Of a stretch of 64,000 bases of DNA, positions 25,885 through 39,162 are shown one piece after another. This DNA comes from Eledone cirrhosa (lineage: Eukaryota). The translations under genes and the position numbers were made by a program. The DNA is taken from assembly GCA_964016885.1 (NCBI GenBank), contig OZ024740.1, positions 363,878,001 to 363,942,000 of the forward strand, in the 5' to 3' direction. Every line of letters starts with the position of its first letter. Position 1 is the first letter of the stretch. Under the pieces are notes generated by a model. The model saw nothing but the letters and a program-made list of their open reading frames with translations. It was not told where the DNA came from and did not search any database.

Positions 25885-27005
25885 CTTTACCCAGCGGTCA
25901 TCCTCCATGTGCATCACATGTCCATACCATCTCAGCCTTCTCTCCTACACACCACAACTTATCCCTCTCAGACACAGTTTCTCTCTCAACACATTTATGC
26001 TGGGTCGTTCACGCACATCTACACTGCACATCCAACGGGGCATACTTGCTTCATTTCTCTCCAGCCATCGCATATCCTCTGCAGTTGCTGCCCATGTCTC
26101 ACTACCATGCAGCATCGTGCATCTCATACAGGCATCATATAACCGTCCTTTCGTATGCAGGGAGAAACCCTTCTTTGTCAACAAAGGAAGCAGCTCCCTA
26201 AACTTCTTCCAACCCGTCCTTATTCTAGATACTATGGCCTCAGCTTCTACCTCAACTCACCCAAGCTCTTCGTTTATTTCACACTTACATTGTACATCCA
26301 ATGGAGCATGGTTGCTTGATTTCTTTCCAATCAACACGTCATCTGCAGTCACAGCCCATGTTTCACTACCATGCAGCAGCACACTTCCCCTAGAGTCGTC
26401 CTTTTGCATGTAGGGAGAAACCTTTTGTTATCAACAATGGGAGTAGTTCTCTAAACTTTTTCCATTCTATCCTTATTCTAGCTATTATGCTCTCAGATCA
26501 CTCTCCTCCAATGCTAATTACATCGCATAGACAGCAAAAGCTACCAACCATTTCTGTGGGTCCTTCCTGTGACTGGAATAGCTTTACAGTATTGGTTACC
26601 TTTCGGTTACCCCTATGCATCTTCTACATAAAAAGTCTCCCATCCTGTTAGGCTACTCATTATCCCACTACATCTCTTGTGTATCCATGATTTACATTGT
26701 ATACATTGTATGGAGTTTACTCCCTTTCTACATATTGAGCAGCGCCACTTCCCTAAAGAAATCAGGATCCCATCTTCTCTCCTACTCACTAGTACTTTAG
26801 TTTTGGCTAAGTTTACTCTTAGATCTTTTGATTCCAAACAAATTCTGTTTCCATAATCTGAACTTATTTTCAATTCTTCATTGGGTTCGGCTATAAGAAC
26901 CAGATCATCTGCATAGAGAAGTTTCCATAGGCAGCTGGTCTTAAACTTCTCTGTTATTACCGGGAGAACTATAATATATAGTAGTGGGCTAATAACCGAA
27001 CCCAG
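25885..27005 (-). mobile_element. Old degenerate RTE LINE fragments
   Basis: KGRLYDAC..TMLHGSETW, CSICRKGV..C..C..WIHKRC and YADDL remnants with stops. Confidence 0.8.
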
Positions 27006-27078
27006 CTAATACAGATGATAGTGAAAATAAGATGAGGTAATGAGGATAATACTACAGATGAGGTTTGTTTATTTCCAG

Positions 27079-27194
27079 GTGATTTAGAAGTTGGCTATCA
27101 GAATGAATCAGTTATCTGGAGAGTATCTGGTAACCAAGGTAATCAGTGGTTATTTGGAAGCTTACCATTGAATGTAACAAATCAATATAAAAAG
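27079..27194 (+). CDS. Multi-MAM protein exon 9
   Basis: GDLEVGYQNESVIWRVSGNQGNQWLFGSLPLNVTNQYKK; tttccag/gtaaat; phase 1 to 0. Confidence 0.9.
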
Positions 27195-27203
27195 GTAAAT
27201 AAA

Positions 27204-27410
27204 TCTTCTTCTTCTTCTTCTTCTTCTTCTTCTTCTTCTTCTTCTTCACCCACTTATTCCTGAGAGGGTTGTGGGGGAAGACTCCCCAAACACTCCTTCC
27301 AGCTGGTCCTGTCAGAAGCAACTATCTCCAATTGATCCAGCTGGATCCCCAAGTGAGATCAGCATGTTATCCAACCATCTTGTTCGACATCTAACCATGG
27401 GTCTCCTGTA
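27204..27410 (-). mobile_element. LINE 3' end with (GAA)n tail next to the exon 9 donor
   Basis: (CTT)n run starting ~9 nt into the intron, followed by RTE-like C-terminal remnants. Confidence 0.55.
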
Positions 27411-28036
27411 GATTGACAGTCATTTTACTGAAAGATAAAAGCCAGCACAGCAACTGTAGCTGTGTAAAATATATGTGGCAGTCAACAGATTAAGTATAAT
27501 AAGGGTGTATATGAAAGCATATACTATATATATCTATATATAGTAAGAGCCTCACTATCAAAGACAAATATTTTGTTAAGAAAAAATATGTTTCTTACTT
27601 TTGCTCTGTAAATATGTCACAGATATCTCAGTAAAGGTCGAGAACATCAGACAGTGCTGTTTCAAGAATCGTTAATCTTTTCTCAGTGAAATTAGATTAG
27701 AGTCTATATAGATTTTGCATAATGAACATTTGCTGGATTTGCTCATTTGCATATTGTGTGAATTTGGCTGGTTTGAATTAATTCATAGTAGTAGTAATAA
27801 GAGAGCATTAAACACAATTAGGAAAAAATATTTTTATTTTGATAGCAAGACACTAATATATATGAACGTTGTATATAAACATATAAACATCCATTTTTTC
27901 ATGCTAACATAGGTTAGACAAGTTGTCCCATGGTGAGACAAGCCAGATCAGATGACCATGCCTTGCTCATACAGAACTGTTTCTGGCTTTGTTTCTTCAG
28001 CTGGATTCCCTTCCTATACATATACATACATATATA

Positions 28037-28107
<71 letters not shown>

Positions 28108-28588
28108 AGTAAAGCCTCCAGCCCATACTGTAAAGTGTTTGTGTTGGTGACATGGCAAAAAGCACCCAGCCCACACTGTAAAGTGGTCATGTAGGTGTCA
28201 TGTCAAAAAGCATCCAGTCCACACTGTAAAGTGGTTGTGTAGGCATCATGACAAAAAGCACCCAGTACTCACTGTAAATGAATTGATACTAGGAAAGGCA
28301 TCCAGCTGTAGAAACCAAGCCAAAATTGTTTCTGTATGAGCAAGACATGATCACCTAACCTAGCATTGATAACAACAGGATAACTCGTCTAACTCATGCC
28401 AGCGTAGAAAAATGGACGTTAAATGGTGATGATGATGATATTGATATATACATATATAACTTATAAATAAAATATTTAAAATGTCATACTGATCTTTAAT
28501 ACTCGGTGGTTGTTTCTAATTAAACCATGGAATGTCCATGAGGTCAGCTAATTCTTTTTATTCATAAATGTGTCTGTGTCTTTTACAG

Positions 28589-28673
28589 ATGACATTTACT
28601 GGAAGTGCTGGTAGAAGTTCACTGGATATAATTGCCATAGATGAAATTAGTTTTGATTTAAATCCATGTGGTT
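28589..28673 (+). CDS. Multi-MAM protein exon 10
   Basis: MTFTGSAGRSSLDIIAIDEISFDLNPCG; ttttacag/gtaagt; phase 0 to 1. Confidence 0.9.
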
Positions 28674-29239
28674 GTAAGTATTAGAACTTCTAGATTTCCT
28701 TATTTTACCATTAAATTTCAGCTTGAACCAGTCGGCACATTTCATTAATTGACGTATTTCTGTTAGTTCATCACTATCATCATCATCAACAACAACATTA
28801 TCATTGCTAACATCATCGTCAGTGTCATTATCATCATTATCATCATTGTCATTATTCCCATAATTATTACCACCATCATCGCTATCATCAACGTTAAAAA
28901 TTAAAAATTAAAAATTAAAAACAAAATTAGAATTTGATTTCTCACTCTCACATAGTGAGTTACATAAATGTATTTATTAGTTTTATACTTTAGAAAATAT
29001 CATATATTTTCAACAGTTCAAGTGAGTGGCAGGGTGATACACAGTCTTGACATGTTGACTGTTTCTCTATGCAACTGCTAGAACAAATGGATAACAATGG
29101 CTATCTAAAAAATATAGCATAATGAGGTTATTTACTTGCAAACAAATGGAATATTATTATTATTATTATTCGATATAAAACTCATAAATACATATATATA
29201 TATATGTGCGTGTGTGTGTGTGTATATATATATATTAAT

Positions 29240-30859
29240 ATCATCACTGTTTAACGTCCATTTTATCATTATCATGACCATTTAACATCCATTTTTTCCC
29301 GGTAGCATGGTTTAAACGAATTGTACCATTGTGAGACAAGTCAAATCAGATGATCATATCTTGCTCATACAGAACTGTTTCTGGCTTGGTTTCTATGGCT
29401 GGAAGCTCTCCCTAACACCAAGCATATCTTCAGTGTAAAATGGGAGCTTTTTATTGTGTCACTGAAACAATGACTTTAAACTGCGCTTTTTCTCATGTCA
29501 CCAACACAACCAACTGGTAAGTTGGACTGGGCACTTTTTGTCGTGTCACCAACAACACCACAACACTTTACAGAGTGGTCTGGGTTATTTTTTTTTTTTT
29601 TTTTAACAGTAACATAACCACTCCACAAGGCAAACCGGGTGCTTTCTGACACGCCACCAGTATGACCACTTTACAGGGTCAACTGGGTGCTTATTTGTCA
29701 TGTTACCAGCATGAACACCTTACAGGGAGGACTAGCTGCCCTTTTGTCAGGTCACCAGCATGACCAATTTACATGGTTGATTCATGGCTTTCATTGTATC
29801 ACCAGCATTACAACCTTACACAGTGACTGAGAGCTTTTAGTCATTTCAGTAACATTGTAGAAGAGTGTGTCCAGTTTTCCATGCTTGTATGTATGAGTTG
29901 GTCAAGAGAGGAGCATTAGATGTGGAAAGTAAGGTGTTGGGGGAATTCATGGTACATATAGGTAGAGTGATCATTGGAGAGGTATATTTAAGATGGGGTA
30001 CTTAGCTGGTAATGGGTGGAGTGTTAAGATGTGGGAGGTGTATGGAAGGGAGAGTGGAGAAGCGGTGCATATTAGAAACTACTAGATGTTTGCTTCATCT
30101 CGTGCACATGGGAAGGCAGCTCTTCGGCAATAGTGTATAAACCCAGAGATCCCAATCCTGTTTCTTTGCCTTTGAAAGATGCACCTGTGCAAGTTCAGCT
30201 TTATCACCTCATCCAAAGCTATCTGAGGTTTTCCTCTTCCATAGCTTCCATCAACTTTGAGCGCCCTGCACCTTTATATACAGTTGTCATCCTTCATATA
30301 CATCACATGTCCATACTACTGAAATCTCCTCTCCTACACACTTCATCTGATCCCTCTTATTCTCAGTTTTTCATCAGTTCCTTTATACTTTGCTGTCCAT
30401 GTATATTACTATTACTATTACACATCCATCAAAACATGCAAGCTTTATTTATTTCCAATCTTTGTAGGTGCTCTGCACACAGTGCCCAGATCTCTCTACC
30501 ATGCAGCATTGCTGTTCATATAATCTGCCCTTCATTTTGATGAAAAAACCTTTTGTAGATAGCAGCAATAGTAGCTAGCTCCCTGAACTTTCCCTATCCC
30601 ATTCTCACTCTGGCTATTGTTCTTCAGAACATTCACCTCCACTGTTAATTTGTTCATCCAGGTAACTGAAGCTATCAACTGCCTCTATAAAACCCTCTAA
30701 GAATTTGATAGAGCTTGTTTCCTGTGAGGGCTTGATCCTGTGCACCGACCACATGTAAAAACCTATATTTTTTGTTAGCCTGTCTGAGATCCCACTACAT
30801 ATCCTGTGTACCCATAATTTGCATTTGGGACAAAGGATGGACTTTTTACCCACCACTTG

Positions 30860-30860
<1 letters not shown>
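29240..30860 (-). mobile_element. Old degenerate RTE LINE 3' part
   Basis: SILCPKCKLWVHRICSG, VDSFSYL, the 3' UTR subrepeats and a (CAT)n tail. Confidence 0.75.
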
Positions 30861-30925
<65 letters not shown>

Positions 30926-31594
30926 CAGGGAAAAGCGGACGTAAAATGATGATGATGATGATGATACGATATATATATATAAGCTATGCCACTTCTGCCA
31001 GAAGTTGTGACCAGACCAGCATGTAGCATCAACAATGGAAAAACGAATGGAAAAAACAGCTTCTTTTGTCCAATATGATGATCTGTTTCGTTCCTTTATT
31101 AAAGAGCTGACAATATGTCAAATTACAGGCCTTGTTATTATATTTGTTTTAGTGCCACACTGACAGTACAGAAACCATCTTTAACTTTCATCCTGCTCAT
31201 ATAAGTATTACCATTCAATTTCTCAAAGCCTCATCAAATCATTTTCTCAACATCCCTGTTCAATAAAATTGGATTCTGAAAATGTCTTTGCTCATAATGA
31301 AAAGAAACGATTCTCCTCACCTCCAGAAAATTATATTGTGTATGTGTCATTCTCATCATCATCATTTAACATCTCTGCTTATAAGAGTTTGACAGATTGT
31401 CAGAGATTGGTTAGTACTCCTGCGAAGCCACTTATTTCTCAGATGTTCCAGGGCCTGCATCTTGTTTACATATCTTACTACATTCTATCAAGTGCATATA
31501 TTTTTGGGATACCTACCTGTCTATGCAGTGATAAGAAGCTCCCCTCAGAGTTTCTTATTACTGTATAGATGGGCAGGCAGCCAAATATATATAT

Positions 31595-31625
31595 AAATTA
31601 TTGTTACTGTCTTTAAGACCACCCC

Positions 31626-31698
<73 letters not shown>

Positions 31699-31850
31699 GG
31701 TGGTCTTAATGACAGAAACAATAATTTCTCCTCGAAAAAGATCCCGATCATATGCAAATAGTTCAAGTTCATGCCAATTGTGTACAATGGAAAGAGGGAA
31801 CATTCTAAAAAAGCTGTACAAATCCACCAACTGTCTGAATACACTTCTAT
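31595..31850 (+). mobile_element. Third PLE GIY-YIG C-terminal fragment with short inverted duplication around (TA)n
   Basis: RSYANSSSSCQLCTMERGNIL...NCLNT aligns with KEYARGTRRCTLCISEKYWIL...TCLNT at 23650. 31595-31626 is inverted at 31696-31727. Confidence 0.65.
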
Positions 31851-31970
31851 CATCAATATCTATAAGCACATCTGTTTATGCTTGTGTTTATATATATGTA
31901 TATAGGTACTTTATATGCATTATATTTTATATTAATTTGTAAATGTGTTTTTTTTCAAATCGATTTTTAG

Positions 31971-32048
31971 TTAAACCATATTGGGCAAAGAATGTGACTA
32001 AAACAACAATTCCATCAACTACTCCAACTTCACCACCATCAACATTTA
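31971..32048 (+). CDS. Multi-MAM protein exon 11 (Thr/Pro-rich linker)
   Basis: FKPYWAKNVTKTTIPSTTPTSPPSTF; tttttag/gtaagt; 78 nt, phase 1-1. Confidence 0.82.
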
Positions 32049-33609
32049 GTAAGTAATAATTTCTTTTAGTTATTCAATTTCGTTGTTATATTACCTATAT
32101 TCCAGCTCTTTATATTCTGAATTCAAATTTTGCCAAAGTCAACTTGGCCTTTCATGTTTCTGAGTTCGCTAAAATAAAATGCCAGTTAAGTACTGTGGAC
32201 AATTTAGTTGAATTGTACCTGAGCACTGTACACAATATTTTTTATTATCATCATTATTATCATGCCTAAATTATCATATTACTTCTATACCTTTCTCATA
32301 TGATAGCAACTATGATTCATGTGATAGCAACTATACCCCCATACCACCTATTGATGCAGTATGAATTAATGGCAAAGGAGTTTCCTTTGCAACCATTAGA
32401 TATTGGGTTTGATCCCCCTGCATGGCATCCTGGGCAAGTGCCATTTACCAAAGCCTCAGTTTCACCTAAGCTTTGTAATTCAAATCTCCCTAAAAGTTAA
32501 GTTAAGGGTACATATGTCTGTGGAATGCTCAGCCAATTACATGTTAATTTCATTACATGTTAGTTCCAATGATCAAACAACTGAAACACTCATCGTCATA
32601 ACCAATGAAGGTCAATTCTGTTCTGATCCATACCTCCTCTTTACAATATTCCCCCAACAATGACGTCCATGTTTAATCAATAATGTAAGTACATTCTCTT
32701 CTAGGAATATTTAAAACAGAAAGATACATATAATACAAACCTTTCATTACCATATTTCTAATGAAAGAATATTGCCTATGATTTTCAAATTATTAAGAAA
32801 ATAATCAAGAATTTGAAGGAATATAGTAATATAACTTTCTCATTATTAAGTTGGTGTTTGGAACATAACTACAAATATTTTTACATAAAATTATAAAAAA
32901 GACCCCCTTTGGTCATGAATAACCATAGGTTTTGCACATAGAAAGCTCCCATATGAGGCATGAGACCCAGCAAGGTTGTTTGTGAAGGACCAGCATTCGC
33001 CCATGCACACCAGTCTCCCCTCTTCACGCCAACGATGTTATCCAAGAGAAAGGCAAAGACTGATACAGCTTGGCACCAGTGATATTACAACTCATTTCTT
33101 CATCTGAATGAACTGAAGCAGCATGAAATAAAGTACTTTGCTCAAGGACACAATACACTAACGAATAGAACAATACATCAACGAATATAACGATTGTGAA
33201 TCAAACATTCTAACCTCTAAGACACATCCCTTCACATAAAATTATAACAGAAGAATTTTGGATAAAATTAAACACTTTCTTACTATATTTCTAATGAAAT
33301 ACACTGCCTATGATTTTCAAATTATATTTCAAATAATCAAGAATAAATGTAACTAACTTTCTCATTATTAAGCTGTTGTTTGAATCATAACTTAAGAAAG
33401 GTTCATACTGATGATAGGAGATTTTAAAATAAATATAGACATGCATTGTGTCACAGAACTATGGACAGTTTCGGGTAGTTTGGTATCAAAAGGAGTAAAT
33501 GACTTCATTATCTTAAATATAGTTTTATGTGTACCTTGAATGTCAATTGTATATAGGTATTTATTTTATCTTTAAACTTGACATTTTAAAAACTTTCTTT
33601 TAATGTACA

Positions 33610-34030
33610 GCATCATACCTCATTAGCAAGACATCAACATGACTGCTTCAGATTAAAAATTGTTGTCTTTAGTTGAATGTAAATGTTTACGACAATCTGT
33701 TTACTAGTAAAGATACTATAAACATTTGAATTAACAAATCACACAAAAACATATAAGGAAGACATTATTGAAAAGTACAAAACAGTACGAAGACTGCATC
33801 ACATTAAAATTTGTAGTCTTTAGTTAAGTGCGAATATTTATAACAATCTGTCTGCTCATAAAGATATTATAGACATTTGAATTTTATAAGCCACATGAAA
33901 CCACATTAGCAAGACATTATTGAAAAATACGAAACAACCCTATGATTACATACATTAAAAATTAAAATCTTTAATTTACTACAAATTTTCACAACAATCT
34001 GTTCACGAGTAAATACACTATAAACATTTG
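33610..34030. repeat. ~130-bp tandem repeat (about 3 copies), unclassified
   Basis: Recurring gacattattgaaaa.tac.aaaca...cacattaaaatt. Reverse-complement relatives at ~1600-1720 and 13640-13930. Confidence 0.55.
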
Positions 34031-34135
34031 AATAACAAACCTGATTTTAGATATATTCTGCTAAATAATTTAAGCCTTGATTAATTGGTCTGCTGTCCTT
34101 TTTTCTCTTCTTTTTTTATTCCTCCCCTCTCCTAG

Positions 34136-34282
34136 AACCAAACAGTAAATTTGATTGCACATTCGAAAATGGATATTGTAGTTGGACTCAATCACAAGAT
34201 GATGTGTTTAATTGGCAAATACATCAAGGGCGCACGCCTTCTTATCGTACAGGTCCAAATGTTGATCATACTTATGGTACAA
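34136..34282 (+). CDS. Multi-MAM protein exon 12
   Basis: KFDCTFENGYCSWTQSQDDVFNWQIHQGRTPSYRTGPNVDHTYGT, a canonical MAM start; long pyrimidine tract plus AG, donor GTGAGT; phase 1-1. Confidence 0.95.
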
Positions 34283-35009
34283 GTGAGTAAATTTGTTTTT
34301 GTTTATACCTATTAAACACATCCCTGCGAGTAAACTAAAAAGGTTGGTGCCAGGAAGGACATCTGGCTATAAAACATTGCCTCGGGGCCAGCAAAGCTAA
34401 CCACTCTTTAGCTGGGGGAATTGCCCTTAAAACGTTTGTATGCTAGTATACTTATTAAAATAGCTTCACGCACAATTGATTCTCTACAGAAACAATTATT
34501 AAAATAATGGCTGATAAACAACCCAAAATAACTTGGAGTTGAAGGAGGGACCCTTTGCTCTTGTTAAACACCTGATAACCTTTCTTTTGTCATAATGAAA
34601 TACACCCAGTACACAGTGTAAAATGGTAGAGTTGGTTATAAAATGCACATAGTACATGCTATAAAACGGTAGCACACTGAGTACGCTATTTAACAATTCT
34701 TTTATCAACAACTAAATATATATCTTATCAATGTATTTTTTTTTTATTCAAGTGATAAATAATGTTTTATTACTTCAGACAATTATACTTTACTACGTGT
34801 CGACTCCTCACTGGCTCCTCGCCATTTCTACAGATCTTTACCTTATTACATGTTACGCATGTAGGTTCTTGCAATAAATTATAAGCATGACCTAAGTTAT
34901 CTCCCTTGTCCTCTTAAAAATATGAGGTTACCTCCCTTTTCCACTCTTGCATATGTGTGACTAACAGATGGAGAAACAGCTTTTCATTTATAACAGATTA
35001 ATATGTATA

Positions 35010-35990
35010 TCATCATCATCATCATCATCATCAACGTTTAACGTCCGTGTTCCACGCTTGCATGGGTTTGGACGGGGGTAGTCCCACTTGAGGCAAGAGT
35101 GATTGTCTTGCTCGCATAGGACTGTCTGGCAGGTTTTCTACAGTTGGATGCCCTTCCTAACACCAACCACATTTACAGTGTGGGTCTGGGAGGTTTTTAC
35201 CATGTTGCCTACACGGCCACATTACAGCGTGGACTGTGTGTTTTTTTTGTCGTGACACCTACACGATCTCATTTGTTTCGGCCTCGATGGCGCGGCACCA
35301 ACATAACTTTACATAGAACGGGGTGGTGTGGATGAGGTGGGGGCGGGGGTGGTGGGACGGGGTGTATTTTGTTAGAGATGCCTACTGGCTGGAGTAGGTT
35401 TTACTATATATTTAGGTAAGGCGGGTCTTCTCTGTTACTGAGTACCGCCAAAGGTCTCGGTCCAGTGACATTGTCTTGGAGAGGTGTAAGTGTGTGATGT
35501 CGGAGTTTATCAGCTCGTCCCAGGTTTTCCTAGGTCTGCCTATTCCGTGACTACCGTCTATCTTTATTGCCCTGCACTTTGTTATACAGCTATCGACTTT
35601 CATGCGCATCACATGTCCATACCAACGTAGCCTTCTCTCGAGTAAACAACATCTGATCCCTCTTATCTCTAATTTTTTCTTTAGTTCGTTTATGCTTTGC
35701 CGTTCACGTATATTACTGTTACACATCCAGCGGAGCATGCAAGCTTCGTTCCTCTCTAGTCTGCGTATATCCTCTGCACACAATGCCCAGGTCTCACTGC
35801 CGTGCAGCATTGCTGTTCGTATGCAGGCATCGTACAACCTGCCTTTCATTTTTAGTGAGAACCCTTTAGCAGCTAATAGTGGTATAAGCTCTCTGAACTT
35901 TTTCCAACCAGTTCTGACTCTAGCTACAGTACTTTCAGAGCACCCTCCCCCACTGCTGATTTTATCGCCCAGGTAACGGAAGCTGTCCAC
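35010..35990 (-). mobile_element. Young RTE LINE 5'-truncated copy
   Basis: 192-aa ORF almost identical to the C-terminus of 55670-58657; 3' UTR and (GAT)n tail. Confidence 0.93.
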
Positions 35991-36009
35991 ATATATATAT
36001 ATATATAAG

Positions 36010-36645
36010 TCAGCTCGAGAGTAGCACAGAGAAGACTGAGGTTAGCTGGACATGCTCACCGACATCCAGAGTTGACACTGCACTTAGTGCTCCTGTGGGA
36101 GCCCCTGCATGGACACACTGGAAGAGGGAGACCGAGGTTGACATATGTTGATGCTCTAAGGACAGACACTGGTCTCTTGGAGATGCAGGACATGACAGCG
36201 ATGATGAGGGACAGAGACCGCTGGAAAGAACTCATCCATGGATCTCGGGGAATTTTACCCACCCTAGATATATATATATATATATATATATCATCATCAT
36301 CATCATCATCATCGTTTAACATCCGTGTTCCATGCTTGCATGGGTTTGGACGGGAGTTTTCCCACTTGAGGCAAGAGTGGTTGTCTTGCTCATGACAGCG
36401 ATGATGAGGGACAGAGACCGCTGGAAAGAACTCATCCATGGATCTCGGGGAATTTTACCCACCCTAGATATATATATATATATATATATATCATCATCAT
36501 CATCATCATCATCGTTTAACATCCGTGTTCCATGCTTGCATGGGTTTGGACGGGAGTTTTCCCACTTGAGGCAAGAGTGGTTGTCTTGCTCGCATAGGAC
36601 TGTCTGGCGGGTTTTCTACAGTTGGATGCCCTTCCTAACACCAAT
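36010..36645. mobile_element. RTE-clade 3' end (third family, +) fused to an RTE tail (-), with a 200-bp tandem duplication
   Basis: RRLRLAGHAHRHPE...WEP.HG...GRPRLTYVD...DRDRW; 36191-36390 equals 36391-36590. Confidence 0.8.
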
Positions 36646-36865
36646 ATATATATATATATAAATGAAATAAAATAACAGGAGGCTGGACTGGTGTAAATCC
36701 TTGAAAGGTTTATTATACTATGATCATTTCAATGACCGGGTTCCATATGAATCCGGTGATATCATCGCACTGCGTTGAGTACTCTTCACAATATTACACT
36801 GGGATTGACCATACAGAATGACCAGTTCTATCCAGTGGTGAACCAACAAACCTAAAGAAATATAT

Positions 36866-37830
36866 ATATTGAAAGGATAACAAGGACGATTGATTACTAC
36901 TTCATTGCATTTATTGATAGGTGACGCGCGTTTCGCCACTGATCAGCTCAAGGTTCAATCTGTATCGATCCTACCCGACTCAATAATCGGTGGCTCGACG
37001 GACCCTTTTAAAATGCTATAAGAAAATGAAATACATGCTATGTGGTAAAGTCAGAGTTTCGCCACCCCCACCGATACTCCCTCACTCTCCCTATATGTGT
37101 CCGCATGCGCGCATGCACATGCATGTATGTATATATGCATATAGCTGTATATGTGTTTGTGTGAATATGTGTGGGTGAGGGTGTGTGTATGTGTTGTGTG
37201 TGTTTATACATCAATATATGTGCGTATATATACATATGTGTGTGTGTGTGTATACATATATACAACGTTTTTGTCAGACGAACAGCGTCTAGCTATGTAT
37301 CTCCGTAAGGAGTTGACACCACCAACACATCCACCACACCACCACAGACGCCACTACCATAAACAACAACACCACAACCACACCCCCACACACGCCAACC
37401 CGTCTACCGACAACCCACTAACCTCATACCACAGCCCATCCCAGTAAGCGACCATAACCACCATCATATCATCACATCCACCCCCACATACACTACAAGC
37501 CAGTACATCCCCTTGATCCTTCCCACCAATCAAAATAACTCATTTTATCAAACTCTTGAAACTCTGACTTTACCACATAGCATGTATTTCATTTTCTTAT
37601 AGCATTTTAAGAGGGTCCGTCGAGCCACCGATTATTGAGTCGGGTAGGATCGATACAGATCGAAACTTGAGCGGATCAGTGGTGAAACGCGCGTCACCTA
37701 TCAATAAATGCAATGAAGGAGTAACCAATCGTCCTTGTTATCCTTTCAATATATTACACTCTGTATAGCTCTACACCTCATCACAGGAGTGAACCTAAAC
37801 ATCGAGTGCTCTCCCGGGTGAACCAAGTTA
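36866..37830. mobile_element. Non-coding PLE-type element with inverted hammerhead-bearing termini
   Basis: 36866-37060 is inverted at 37558-37752; same family as 25425-25705. Hammerheads at 36920-37004 (-) and 37614-37698 (+) have the core CCGTCGA. Confidence 0.75.
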
Positions 37831-37849
37831 CACCCCCTGGATATATATA

Positions 37850-38182
37850 TAGTGGTTAGAGCATTGGCCTTGCAATCGAAAGGTTGTGAGTTCAATTCTC
37901 AGACCGGGTGATGTGTTGTTTCCTTGAGCAAGACACTTTATTTCACATTGCTCCAGTTTACTCAGTAGTAGAAATGAGATGATAGGGACTGGGGTCCATA
38001 TCATTCCACTGCAAAGTGGTCGTGGAGGTGCCACGGCAAAAAAGCCCCCAGCACTCACTGTAAAAGAGGTTGGTATTAGGAAGGGCATCCAGCTGTAGAA
38101 ATCAAGCCAGAATCAGTTCCCGTCACACCCTTGCAAGCAGGGAAATGCGGACGTGAAATGAAATGATGATGATGATGATGAT
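37850..38182 (+). mobile_element. tRNA-head, CORE-like, RTE-tail SINE
   Basis: A box TAGTGGTTAG, B box GAGTTCAATTC, TCCTTGAGCAAGACACTTT core, RTE-shared 3' end, (GAT)n. Headless copy at 44715-44992 (-). Confidence 0.8.
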
Positions 38183-38559
38183 ATATACCATTTATGTTGT
38201 GTGATTTATCAATGGGCAGAACTAGTCATTCCGGTTAATAAACCATGATGTAACATTTTGCAAATCATCAATCATAGATGTGGTATCCTATGGCTGGTGC
38301 AGGATCAGAGTTAAATATTCATTTTAAAACAACAGAAGGGTAGACTGGATATATTCTTTTAAAGGTTTTGGAATCCACACCTGAGGAAATTGCCTAAATC
38401 TTGCAGCATGGTCAGATGATGTAACTAGGTCATTGAAATATGTATAGTGATTTTGCACCATTAAAATTATAAAAGAATATTTCTAGTCTGGTCTTTGGTT
38501 GTTTTTAAATGAATATATATATGTGTGTTTGTGTGAGTGTGCGCGTGTGTGTATCATTA

Positions 38560-38940
38560 ATAATAATCCTTTTACATATTCTTTTCCATGTTTACATGGG
38601 TTGGACTGATCTTTTCCAGCACAGCTTCCCTCTTCTTGTTGCATTCTCATGTCATCTCTGAGTTTCAGCATTTTGAGTTCAGCCCTATTCACCTCAGCTC
38701 ACATCCTCTTGGTCTTTTTCTTCCATGACTTGCTTCCACTAGGATCTTCAGGCACTTTATCATCCTTATGCATCATATGTCCTCGCCAGCACAATCTTCT
38801 CTTTTGCACACTACATCTGATGCCCAGTTTTTCTCTCAACTCAAATATGCTTTGCAGTTCATGCATATTTACATCACACATCCAAAGGAGCATATTCAAT
38901 TTATTTCTCTCCAACCTTTTCATATCCTCTGCATTCACTA
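38560..38940 (-). mobile_element. Degenerate RTE 3' end
   Basis: AEDMKRLERN..ML.WMC...ELREKLGI...RRLCW.GHMM. Confidence 0.75.
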
Positions 38941-39007
38941 TCTATACACACACACATGTATATTATATGTATATATGTATACATTTAACTACATTCTATT
39001 TTTTCAG

Positions 39008-39162
39008 AGTATGGCCATTATATTTATATTGAATCATCCTTACGCCAATTGAAAGATACCGCAATTCTGACATCTGTATTATTTAGTAAAAATATGAATT
39101 ATACTTTACAATTCTACTATCACATGTTTGGTGCAACAGTTGGAGGGCTTAATGTTACAATG
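39008..39162 (+). CDS. Multi-MAM protein exon 13
   Basis: YGHYIYIESS...AILTS...LQFYYHMFGATVGGLNVTM; ttttcag/gtaaga; phase 1 to 0. Confidence 0.93.

Noticed and set aside
37850-37905. tRNA gene
   Set aside because: A and B boxes run directly into a SINE core and LINE tail; no complete cloverleaf.
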